A DNA stretch of 12,593 bases from Octopus sinensis (taxonomy: Eukaryota). The stretch lies in contig NW_021826635.1 of the NCBI RefSeq assembly GCF_006345805.1, positions 1 to 12,593 on the forward strand. The letters run 5' to 3'. Numbering within the stretch: position 1 is the stretch's first letter; each line of letters opens with the position of its first letter. The position numbers and the translations under genes are program-made. Positions 1 through 8,606 of this stretch are shown here, in pieces. The notes beneath the pieces were generated by a model. The model was not told the DNA's origin and did not search any database. It worked only from the letters and a program-made list of their open reading frames with translations.

Positions 1-118
1 TAATGATAATAATAATGATAATAATAATGATAATAATAATGATAATATAATGATAATAATAATATAATAATAATAATAATAAAATAATGATAATAATAAT
101 GATAATAATAATGATAAT
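1..118. repeat. (TAA)n microsatellite with TGA interruptions (TGATAATAATAA-like 12-mer)
   Basis: Read directly from the sequence; runs off the window start. Confidence 0.95.
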
Positions 119-849
119 ACAAATGCCGTTGACGATTCTGTAAGTGAGGAAATTATCAATATCGTTAATGGCAACAATCAAGTTGAAAACCTCATTGCAT
201 TGATGATGGTAACAACGGAGCAATAATTACTTAATGAAGTATTGAAACAGGTGGTACGTTTGGCGGGGTACCTCACTCCAGAATCGTATACTTTTACCTC
301 GAGAAGAAAGATGGGTGTTGTAATTACGTAGTCACCAGAAAGGGGGTGGCGATAATAATTGAATAAAGATAATGAGTTTTCTAATGGAATAACAAAATCA
401 AATAAACGCTGTTTCGTGAACGCTTGATTGAATCTGACATTTTCACAGCTGAAACGTGATCATGTTGAGGAAACATGTTCGTGTGAAAGACAAACCGTAA
501 GAAACAAATGAAGAAAGAAGCGATAAACACAAAGACAAAAATGGAGCCATGACCTCGAGTCAGCCGTTTGACGTTCATCGATACTCTTGTTACGGCTTTC
601 AGTTCGAGTGGACTTCGCCGATGATGACAATCGATAGCTTTCAATGTCATTTAACGTGTAAAATAGGTCTTGCTTTTCCCATCTGATCAATTTGCATATA
701 GCGATAATTGCATTTCGATCTGTCAAAAAGCTAAATACTCAGGGCCGAGCAGATACTACAATGGCGATGTTGAAGAGATGCCGATATCATATCGTTGCTG
801 TGTACACAGCAGTTTTCTAGCGTTCGTTGCTGAATTTTTGTTTTTGACA

Positions 850-1055
850 TGTATATATATATATATTACCGGCACACTTAACCGAGATGAATTCACACGC
901 ACATAGACACACACACACACACATAGGTACGCATGCACAGACACACACACTCACATACACAGACACAAACACACACATATATATAATGAATAAATTTACA
1001 CATACATATGCATAAATATATATTTTATTTATATCTGTATGTATGTATATATATG

Positions 1056-1100
<45 letters not shown>

Positions 1101-1137
1101 CACATATATTAGCATACATGTTATATATGGATATAAT

Positions 1138-1186
<49 letters not shown>

Positions 1187-1205
1187 GTATATAACATACA
1201 TATAT
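850..1205. repeat. Compound (TA)n/(CA)n/(TATG)n microsatellite region
   Basis: Long TA runs at about 1050-1095 and 1140-1180, CA runs at about 900-980, with short unique interruptions. Confidence 0.9.
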
Positions 1206-1214
1206 ACGTATTTA

Positions 1215-1325
1215 GTGGAGGCGCGTGGCTTAGTGGTTAGGGTGTCAGCCCCATGTTCGTAAGATTGTGGTTTCGATTCTTGGACCGGGTGACGCGTTGT
1301 GTTCTTGAGAAAAAAACACTTCATC
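1215..1325 (+). mobile_element. 3'-truncated tRNA-derived SINE (head plus start of a CORE-like domain)
   Basis: GTGGAGGCGCGTGGCTTAGTGGTTAGGG carries an A-box and GGTTTCGATTC is B-box-like. TTGTGTTCTTGAGAAAAAAACACTTCA resembles the start of a CORE domain. Alignable by eye to the heads in the 7341-8080 array. Confidence 0.8.
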
Positions 1326-1350
1326 TATGTATGTATGTATGTATGTATGT
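1326..1350. repeat. (TATG)n microsatellite
   Basis: Read directly; abuts the truncated SINE. Confidence 0.9.
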
Positions 1351-2092
1351 TATAAGCCATATATGATTATAAATGGCTTTGCTCGTCGGCAGTCATGAAT
1401 ACAATGAATTCAAACGGTTGAATAGGAAATGACAAAAGTAGGAAACAAAATACGCGAGAAGTACCCCTCCATCATTTATATCCTCAAGGACAATCGCTCT
1501 TTGGATGTCTCAGGTGTCAGTCAAAATTGTTAAGCAGCAGATACTCAAAACCAATTCTAGCAATCATTATTTTTTCTCAAAGTATTCTATTCATGCTGTT
1601 TTGCAGACGAAATAAATGGTTTTTGAAGCGTCTATCTGCATTGTTTCAGCTTGAAGTTACTCAAATTGCATAGATTTTTAATTGGCGGGTTTTGAAAATA
1701 ATTGCTTTCGATTTTCTTTCTAGATAGAAATTCATCAAACTCGAAACTCACGTGGCTTTTCTTTCTTCAGCTGCTGGCTTATCGTCATACGTTGCTCTTG
1801 AGCATAATATTGCTCTCTTCTTCTTGTCCGATCCTCATGTATTTGTTGGTTGTTTCTTGTAAATTCTCTCGAGTTTTTGCTGTATATCTTCGCGTATGTC
1901 TATAACGGATCCATTACAAAACGCGAATTATTTCTCCGAAGAGACATTTTGAGACGCAAAGCAAGTTCTCATGTTGCAAGAATATACGCAATAAATCATA
2001 CTTATATACGTTCTTCGAAATTTGAATTCTCTTGCAATCCTTAAATTATTTTCCAATTGTTGATTCCCTAGCATAATGATTAAGACCCAAAC

Positions 2093-2212
2093 AAACACAC
2101 ACACACACACACACACACACATTTATGATATAATGCATTATATGTAATGCAACATATATATATATACATGCATACATACATACATACATACATACATACA
2201 TACATACATACA

Positions 2213-2243
<31 letters not shown>

Positions 2244-2250
2244 CTATATA
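2093..2250. repeat. (CA)n followed by (TA)n and a long (TACA)n microsatellite
   Basis: Read directly from the sequence. Confidence 0.95.
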
Positions 2251-2414
2251 TCACCTCGTCTCTGATGACGGAATACCCAGTGTATGGACATGGTAGCCGA
2301 TCACTTGAGATATCCCAGAACCATCTGTAGGACTTCAAATCCACCTCACCCTAAATTATTATAAATAACTTGAGATACTCGTCCTGCCTTGGTTTTGATG
2401 TCCTTTTCCTCTGC

Positions 2415-2620
2415 CTGTGTGTCTGTGTGTCTGTGTGTCTGTGTGTCTGTATCTATCTCTCTATCTATAAGAAATTACAGGAACCACTTTCTAGGACTCT
2501 CACTATCTACTAATTTGTGTATGTGTATACAAAGACATATACACGCATATAGACGTGTTTTATATATCTCGTATGTATGTGCATATATAATGGACACGCA
2601 CATACACAAATGCATTTATA
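2415..2620. repeat. (TGTGTC)n/(TATC)n and degenerate TA/TG low-complexity tract
   Basis: Read directly from the sequence. Confidence 0.75.
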
Positions 2621-2658
2621 TAGGAGGGTTTCTCTACAGTTTCCTTCTGATAAATTTC

Positions 2659-2855
2659 TGTACATTATTTTCTGTGGGCGGATAGGTGTCCTCATCTTAA
2701 TTGTTGTTATCACATCGTTTCGGCAGATAACAACAGTTTTTGTGGGGGAAATTCGAACCCAACCCTAATGAAGGATGAAGAGCACATCAGACGAAACGTT
2801 GTCATAACAACAAACACAGTGAGGACACCTATCCGTCCATTGTAAATAATGTACA
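2659..2855. mobile_element. Imperfect inverted repeat (arms of about 70 bp), probably inverted Penelope-like termini with degenerate hammerhead ribozyme motifs
   Basis: Left arm TGTACATTATTT..GGGCGGATAGGTGTCCTCA..TTGTTGTTATCACATCGTTTCGGCAGAT pairs with right arm ATCAGACGAAACGTTGTCATAACAACAA..TGAGGACACCTATCCGTCC..AAATAATGTACA. The inverted repeat is seen directly; the Penelope origin is inferred from hammerhead-core remnants. Confidence 0.6.
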
Positions 2856-3204
2856 TGATTCATCATCCCTAAAAATTTAGAATAGTATTAACAGCTTCTG
2901 GTCTTTATTTATCAATCGTCCCGTCTCAGCTGTAAAACTTATTTACCTTTTATAGCGTCTGATGAAATCTAACCCAGAAACCTAGAAAAACCAGAAACAA
3001 TTTTTAGGAAGCGAACTCATTACACGTACGTCCACCTATATAAATATATCATAATTATAATTTTAGGGAAATTTCCTATTTTTGATAATTAGCTTTTATT
3101 TAGTTTATTTATCCTTCCTTTTTAGATTGTTAATAACCTTTATTGTAGGTTACCCATAGGAGATATATCGTTTTGTTTCGTTGCTAATAAATATCATTTT
3201 TTCC

Positions 3205-3572
3205 CTATTATTGATTGAAAATAAACAATTCTCTTTTATTTATTAAAAATAATTTATTAAGTATTTTAGTTTGAAAATAAACCTATTTTGTGATATTGAT
3301 AAGTGATAATAAAATTTATGATATCGATAGAAAATAACTTAGTTTAGTTTACTGATAAGGAATAACTCAGTTGGGCTTATTAATAGGAAATAACTTATTT
3401 CAGCTTATTGATTGCAATTAATCGATTTTGTTTTATTGGTAGGAAATAACCCAATTTGGCTAAATAATAGAAAATAACTTATTTTGGATTTCTGATTGGA
3501 ATTAATCAATTTTTGTATTATTGTTAGGAAATAACATATTTTGTATTATCTCTAGGCAGTAACTGGTTGTAT
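3205..3572. repeat. Degenerate AT-rich minisatellite, 28-bp period, about 13 copies
   Basis: Units start at 3293, 3321, 3349, 3377, 3405, 3433, 3461, 3489, 3518 and 3546, with weaker copies upstream. Consensus is approximately TTATTGATAGGAAATAACTTATTTTGGC. Confidence 0.8.
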
Positions 3573-3834
3573 ATTTTAGATTTAAAAGCTATTGCAGTAC
3601 TTTTCAAGTGGGCGTGGCAACATCCATGTAGCTAATGGAGGCAAATATATATGGATGTGGGAGGTGGCTGTAGGAAGTGATACAAGCAGCGTTACAGTTT
3701 TGTTTTTGGTGGAGGTAGTTTTTTTCACCTATTTAAACAGTATCTCTAAAATGCTTTAAATATGATACAGTAGAACCTCGCAGTAAACAAACTAACACCG
3801 GTTGTCAAGAGGTAGAACGGGACACAAACACAAA

Positions 3835-4000
3835 ACAAATTCACACACATACATACCTACAACTACATATAAACGGCAGGTTTATATATATATATATATG
3901 TATGTATATTATGTATACATACACACACACACACGCACACATATATATATGCATATTTTTATACATACATCGTTATATATCTGTCTATATACCACGCAAA
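3835..4000. repeat. Mixed (CA)n/(TA)n/(TACA)n low-complexity tract
   Basis: Read directly from the sequence. Confidence 0.8.
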
Positions 4001-4489
4001 CACACTCATTCACTTTAATAAATGACCACAAAGTTGCCGTACACAAAAACACACAAAATATTGCTTACAAATAAATATGCTCGCAGCATTTTTATTTATT
4101 TTCGCCACAATTTCCCTATTTTCAAATATTTTTCCAGCCATATTTTATTTTTTTCCCTATAGCAAAATTTCTCTTTACAACTTTAACGATATAATAATTA
4201 TTTTTTCCTTACAAGTGTTAACTGAAAAAAAATCGCAAAATAAATTCTCGGAGCCACTACGGATTAACAATTAAAATTTTTTCCTTATAGTTTCTTGGCA
4301 ACAACTTGCTGATTAGTAATATTTCAAAGAGCAATTAAGATTTTCTTTTTTTGCTGCAAAAAAGATGCTAATACAGCGGACGAGAATTCTGTGGAGACAT
4401 TTGTAAAATTGACGCTGAATTGTGAGACTGTCAACTTCAAGTTCATTTCGTTTATTTACGATTTCTAAGCGAAATATAGTTTATAGTCT

Positions 4490-4586
4490 TGTTGTTGCTT
4501 GCTTTCTTGTCTGTTTGTTTGTCTGCTTGATTTGTTTGTTTTGCGTTTTGGTTTTGTTGTTGTTGTTGGTGTTGTTGTTGTTGTTC
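4490..4586. repeat. Degenerate (TTTG)n/(TTG)n microsatellite
   Basis: Read directly from the sequence. Confidence 0.85.
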
Positions 4587-4685
4587 TTTAGAAGCTTTTA
4601 GTTAATTGAAGTTTCTTGAATGTCAGCTGTGGGAAATAGAAGTAACAAGAACAGTAACGTGATGAACAATGAAAGACAATAGTCA

Positions 4686-4714
4686 TAATGATGATGATGA
4701 TGATGATATTAATG

Positions 4715-4757
<43 letters not shown>

Positions 4758-4985
4758 TAATAATGATAATAATAATGATAATAATGATAATAATAATAAT
4801 AATAATAATAATGGTAATAATAATAATAATGATAATAATAATAATAATAATGATAATAATAATAATAATGATAATAATAATAATAATGATAGCAACAATA
4901 GCAATAATACAAATAATAATGAAAGCAACAACCACAAAAACAACAACAACATCAATAATAATAATAATAATAATAATAATAGTGA
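4686..4985. repeat. About 300-bp (TGA)n/(TAA)n/(CAA)n trinucleotide microsatellite
   Basis: Read directly. It explains the poly-N, poly-I, poly-L and poly-Y ORFs in the track. Confidence 0.97.
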
Positions 4986-5114
4986 TAATCTTTTCTTTAT
5001 TGGTCACAAGGGCCGAACACAAAACAAATAGAGGTGAGACGACATGAGGGCCAAGTAGGGGTTATGCACAACATTTGTGTACAAAATGAATAACAAAACA
5101 ATTAATAATCGCAT

Positions 5115-5292
5115 CAAAATTTGGCACAAAGCCAGCAGTTTCGGGGAAGACGTAGGTCGATAACAAAATGGTACAAAATTTATCGAACCCGAAAAAATGA
5201 AGAGGGCAAAGTCGACCTTGGCGGAATTTGAACTCAGAAAGTGAAGACGGACGAAATACCGCTAAGCATCTCGACCGGCGTGCTAACGCTTC
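5115..5292 (-). mobile_element. tRNA-derived SINE, 5'-truncated (same family as 6780-6990)
   Basis: Minus strand reads GAAGCGTTAGCACGCCGG..CTGAGTTCAAATTCCGCCAAGGTCGACTTTGCC..TTCGGGTTCGATAAATTTTGTACCA, homologous by eye to 6780-6990. Confidence 0.8.
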
Positions 5293-5393
5293 TTATTTCT
5301 TTCCTGCCCACAATGGGCTACACACAGAAGGGACAAACAAGAACAGACAGACAGATTAAGTCGACTATATCGACCCCAATGCATAACTGGTAC
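5290..5393 (-). mobile_element. 3' half of a related SINE copy joined head-to-tail to the 5115-5292 copy
   Basis: Minus strand reads GTACCAGTTATGCATTGGGGTCGATATAGTCGACTTAATC..TGTGGGCAGGAAAGAAATAAGAA. It shares the GTACCAGTTA..GGGGTCGA..TCGACTTAATC block with 6780-6990. Confidence 0.7.
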
Positions 5394-5549
5394 GGGGAGT
5401 AGAAGAAACAGGGACAACTGATGAAGGGGAATATTCTTTATGTTGATTGTCTCGTTTCTCTGTTTTTTTCCGTTGTTCGAAAAAAGTTCGATTTCTCTGT
5501 TTTTGTTTTTATGTTTTCATTTCTCATTGTGTTCAACGTTTTTTTAATG

Positions 5550-5650
5550 CCCTGTACCCATATATGCATGTAAATATACATATATATGTAGGTATGTACA
5601 TATATGTATGTATATATGCATATATATTTATATGTTATTTATATTATTAT
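5550..5650. repeat. Degenerate (TA)n/(TATG)n tract
   Basis: Read directly from the sequence. Confidence 0.8.
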
Positions 5651-5747
5651 ATGATCGAACGCCAAGTGTCCTTTCCAAGTAAGTATATCGTTATATTCTT
5701 ACGCTTCTAATACGGTTGATATTGTCGACGATAGGTAAAGATCGCCC

Positions 5748-6223
5748 TGTTGTTGGCATCCTTTTTGTCTCGGGAGACAATGGAGTTGCGCATAAAATAA
5801 TCTAGTCCGGCTTTTACATTTCAAGTCCTAATACATTTCCTGCTGTGGCTGTGTAGTCCTATCCTGGACAAACACTCCCTCTGGCAGGTACCGCAAATGT
5901 AGCGAAGACTGTTGCTGGCTGGTTGTAACGTCATAGTTTCTTGTTGACGTCTCTTCTTGTCTTTCCATTTCTTCTCTCTCTCTCTGTCACTCCTTTGTAT
6001 TCCCTCTTTTACGGTACGTCGCCAATCTCCACGGTTGTTAGCAACTGCTTCCCGAATGCTAATATTGATGTTGCAGGCCTTCATGTCCCTTTTGCAAACA
6101 TCCTTGTAACGTAGGAAGGTCTTCCCACAGACCTAGTACCCCTAGCAAGCTCTCCGTAGAGTATGTCCTTGAGGATTCTGCCATCTTTCATACAGCTAAC
6201 ATGCCCAAGCCATCTCATACGTT
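5748..6223 (-). mobile_element. RTE-clade non-LTR retrotransposon, 5'-truncated 3' end with frameshifted ORF C-terminus
   Basis: Minus strand translates RMRWLGHVSCMKDGRILKDILYGELARGTRSVGRP, then a 1-bp frameshift, then LRYKDVCKRDMKACNIN..DWRRTVKEG..YICGTCQRECLSRIGLHSHSRKC, with the stop at 5821-5823. These are hallmark RTE C-terminal motifs including the zinc finger. The 3' UTR ends CCATTGTCTCCCGAGACAAAAAGGATGCCAACAACA. Confidence 0.92.
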
Positions 6224-6396
6224 ATAACACTACGAAATAGAAACAGCGGCAGTAACAGACACCTAACGAACCACCAGTCTTTTACAAACCAACAATCAAT
6301 ACTTCCAACACACTAACTCGAACTATAAACTGTACCTGGACTTCGAAGACCTAACCACGAATTGCTGACTACGTCAGACCGCTAATATTTATATGA

Positions 6397-6645
6397 AGTA
6401 GGTGAATTAGGTGTGATAAATAAATATTCACACAAATACACAACAAAAACACCAGGACTTACAAATATATATAACATACAGAAAATAGCACTGCTAGGCA
6501 CTGCACACATCCTACATAAAACACTTTCAATACAGTGAAAATAAGAGCATCACAACAAACCACAAAACGTACCCAAGGCACACACAGCTGCGCTCGGTAG
6601 GGCAGTGAAATCACATGATAAAAATAAGATTACTGAATAATAATG
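6397..6645 (+). mobile_element. R4/Dong-like (restriction-like endonuclease) non-LTR retrotransposon 3' end
   Basis: Plus strand 6398-6538 translates VGELGVINKYSHKYTTKTPGLTNIYNIQKIALLGTAHILHKTLSIQ-stop. The IQK.ALLGTAHIL.K.L ending is typical of R4-clade ORFs. It is followed by a 3' UTR of about 100 bp and a (TAA)n tail. Confidence 0.8.
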
Positions 6646-6675
6646 ATGATAATAATATTAATAGTAGTAGTAGTT

Positions 6676-6723
<48 letters not shown>

Positions 6724-6780
6724 ATAATTACAACAACAACAACAATAATAAAAATAATGATAATAATAATAATAATAATT
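6637..6780. repeat. Compound (TAA)n-(TAG)n-(CAA)n-(TAA)n microsatellite
   Basis: Read directly; lies between two tail-to-tail retroelements. Confidence 0.95.
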
Positions 6781-6990
6781 TGTACTAAAGGCACAAGGCC
6801 TGAAATTTGAGGGAAGGGATTAAGTCGATCACTCGACCCCAGACTGTAACTGGTACTTATTTAATCGACCTCGAAAGGATGAAAGGCAAAGTCGACCTCG
6901 GCAGAATTTAAACTCAGAACGTAAAGACGAGCGAAATGTCGTTCGGTATTTTACCCGGTACGCTACCGATTCTGCCAGCTCGCCGCCTTG
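6780..6990 (-). mobile_element. Near full-length tRNA-derived SINE
   Basis: Minus strand: GGCGGCGAGCTGGCAGAATCGG is A-box-like and GAGTTTAAATTC is B-box-like. The central block is GTCGACTTTGCCTTTCATCCTTTCGAGGTCGATTAAATAAGTACCAG, and the tail runs into (TTA)n. Confidence 0.85.
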
Positions 6991-7081
6991 ATAATAACAA
7001 TAACAATAATAATAATAATAACAACAATAGTAGTAGTAGTAGTAGTAGTAGCAGTAGTAGTAGTAGTAGTAGTAGTAGTGT
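6991..7081. repeat. (TAA/CAA)n-(TAG)n microsatellite, the tail of the SINE at 7082-8080
   Basis: Read directly. On the minus strand (CTA)n starts immediately after the SINE 3' end. Confidence 0.9.
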
Positions 7082-7340
7082 GGAAGCACTCCGTCGGTTA
7101 CGACGACGAGGGTTCCGGTTGATCCGAATCAACCTGCTCGTGAAATTAACGTGTAAGTGGCTGAGCACTCCACAGACACGTGTACCCTTAACGTAGTTCT
7201 CGGGGATATTCAGCGTGACACAGAGAGTGACAAGGCCGGCCCCTTTGAAATACAGGTACAACAGAAACAGGAAGTAAGAGTGAGAGAAAGTCGTGGTGAA
7301 AGAGTACAGCAGGGATCACCACCATCCCCTGCCGGAGCCC
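7082..7340 (-). mobile_element. Body and 3' tail of a tRNA-derived SINE whose head is tandemly amplified
   Basis: Minus strand reads GGCTCCGGCAGGGGATGGTGGTGATCCCTGCTGTACTC..CCCCGAGAACTACGTTAAGGG..CGTAACCGACGGAGTGCTTCCA. It is contiguous with the last tRNA-like head and ends in a simple-repeat tail. Confidence 0.8.
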
Positions 7341-8080
7341 GGTCTGGGAATCGAAACCGCGATCGTACGACCGCGAGTCCGCTACCCTAACCACTGGGCC
7401 ATTGCGCCTCCACGGACATCGCATGTAACTAGTATAAACACTCACAACACCCGGTCTGGGAATCGAAACCGCGATCCTATGACTGCGAGCCCGCTACCCT
7501 AACCACTGGGCCATTGCGCCTCCACGGACATCGCATGTAACTAGTATAAACACTCACAACACCCGGTCTGGGAATCGAAACCGCGATCCTACGACCGCGA
7601 GTCCGCTACCCTAACCACTGGGCCATTGCGCCTCCACGGACATCGCATGTAACTAGTATAAACACTCACAACACCCGGTCTGGGAATCGAAACCGCGATC
7701 CTATGACTGCGAGTCCGCTGCCCTAACCACTGGGCCATTGCGCCTCACGGACATCGCATGTAACTAGTATAAACACTCACAACACCCGTCTGGGAATCGA
7801 AACCGCGATCCTACGACCGCGAGTCGCTACCCTAACCACTGGCCATTGCGCCTCCACGGACATCGCATGTAACTAGTATAACACTCACAACACCCGGTCT
7901 GGGAATCGAAACCGCGATCCTATGACTGCGAGTCCGCTGCCCTAACCACTGGGCCATTGCGCCTCCACGGACATCGCATGTAACTAGTATAAACACTCAC
8001 AACACCCGGTCTGGGAATCGAAACCGCGATCCTATGACTGTGAGTCCGCTGCCCTAACCACTGGGCCATTGCGCCTCCAC
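7341..8080 (-). repeat. Tandem array of 7 tRNA-like SINE heads, 112-bp period
   Basis: GGTCTGGGAATCGAAACC recurs at 7341, 7453, 7565, 7677, about 7788, 7896 and 8008. The minus-strand unit is GTGGAGGCGCAATGGCCCAGTGGTTAGGG(C/T)AGCGGACTCGC(G/A)GTC(G/A)TAGGATCGCGGTTTCGATTCCCAGACCGGGTGTTGTGAGTGTTTAT plus a 20-bp linker, ACTAGTTACATGCGATGTCC. Confidence 0.97.
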
Positions 8081-8606
8081 ATAAGAATACGATTAACAAT
8101 ATGAATAAGAAAAGTTCGTTTCCCATTGGCGGTTGTTAAAAGATCTAATGGAGAATTATTACGCATTATCGTCTGGAATGGGTCACACGAAAATTGAAAA
8201 AAAAAAGAGAAGAAATAAAACAAAAACAACAACAACACAATCCAATGTTCGGTCACATGATAATGCTAACAAAGAAGCTGCTATATCAAGGCGTCCATTT
8301 ATTATTTGGCGTCTTCAAACAGCTTCCAAAAGAGAGCAGCACCGTCGCTATAAGAGAGTCTCATTGTATTTCTTGATAGCAAGAGCGTATAATCTGCAGA
8401 GAGAGGAAATTAGTACGATATAACTCGAGGTTTCAGATATCTGGATATCAAATACCGATATCAACATTTTCAACCATATGAGAAGTCATATAATCCCTTT
8501 AATCTCAATCTGGAAAAGGATATCAACTTAGATTGATTTATTTATTCCTTGTCCATGATATTGCAAATAATATCACATACAATACGGCTAGTGACGCAAT
8601 CCACAT

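Noticed and set aside
381-650. ORF with a signal-anchor-like segment (MNVKRLTRGHGSIFVFVFIASFFICFLRF)
   Set aside because: The hydrophobic stretch is explained by a T-rich tract, the frame stops soon after, and there is no good donor site or recognisable family.
2959-2981. CTGATGA..GAAAC as a hammerhead
   Set aside because: No stem II can form between the motifs and there is no stem I or III.
3766-3780. TA+CAGTAGAACCTCG, resembling a pogo/Tigger terminal inverted repeat
   Set aside because: It is only 13 bp, with no convincing partner TIR or transposase sequence in the window. The CGAGGTTTCAG near 8427 is too weak.
4140-4292. Three acceptor-like TTTTTTCC(C/T)TA..AG motifs on the plus strand
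   Set aside because: They are not followed by a convincing open exon with a donor site, and are expected in AT-rich DNA.
4588-5047. Poly-Ile, poly-Asn, poly-Leu and poly-Tyr ORFs
   Set aside because: These are translations of a trinucleotide microsatellite that is open in several frames.
5418-5440. CTGATGA followed by the hairpin AGGGGAATATTCTTT
   Set aside because: No GAAA follows. It may be a repeat remnant (about 5394-5545), but I cannot support a family call.
6230-6390. Segment between the RTE and R4 fragments with a CTGAC-TAC-GTCAG hairpin
   Set aside because: Probably another repeat fragment, but there is no diagnostic motif to assign it.
7741-7890. Five single-base deletions clustered in array copies 4-5 as real divergence
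   Set aside because: All fall in short homopolymers within about 140 bp, the pattern expected from long-read consensus error. True copy number and sequence need read-level confirmation.
7341-8080. CRISPR array
   Set aside because: The linkers are identical rather than unique spacers, the unit is a tRNA-like SINE head, there are no cas genes, and the context is eukaryotic.
7341-8080. Cluster of functional tRNA genes
   Set aside because: The D-arm folds, but the acceptor stem does not pair, the T-stem is mismatched (GCGGT versus CCCAG), the anticodon stem is poor and there is no T4 terminator.
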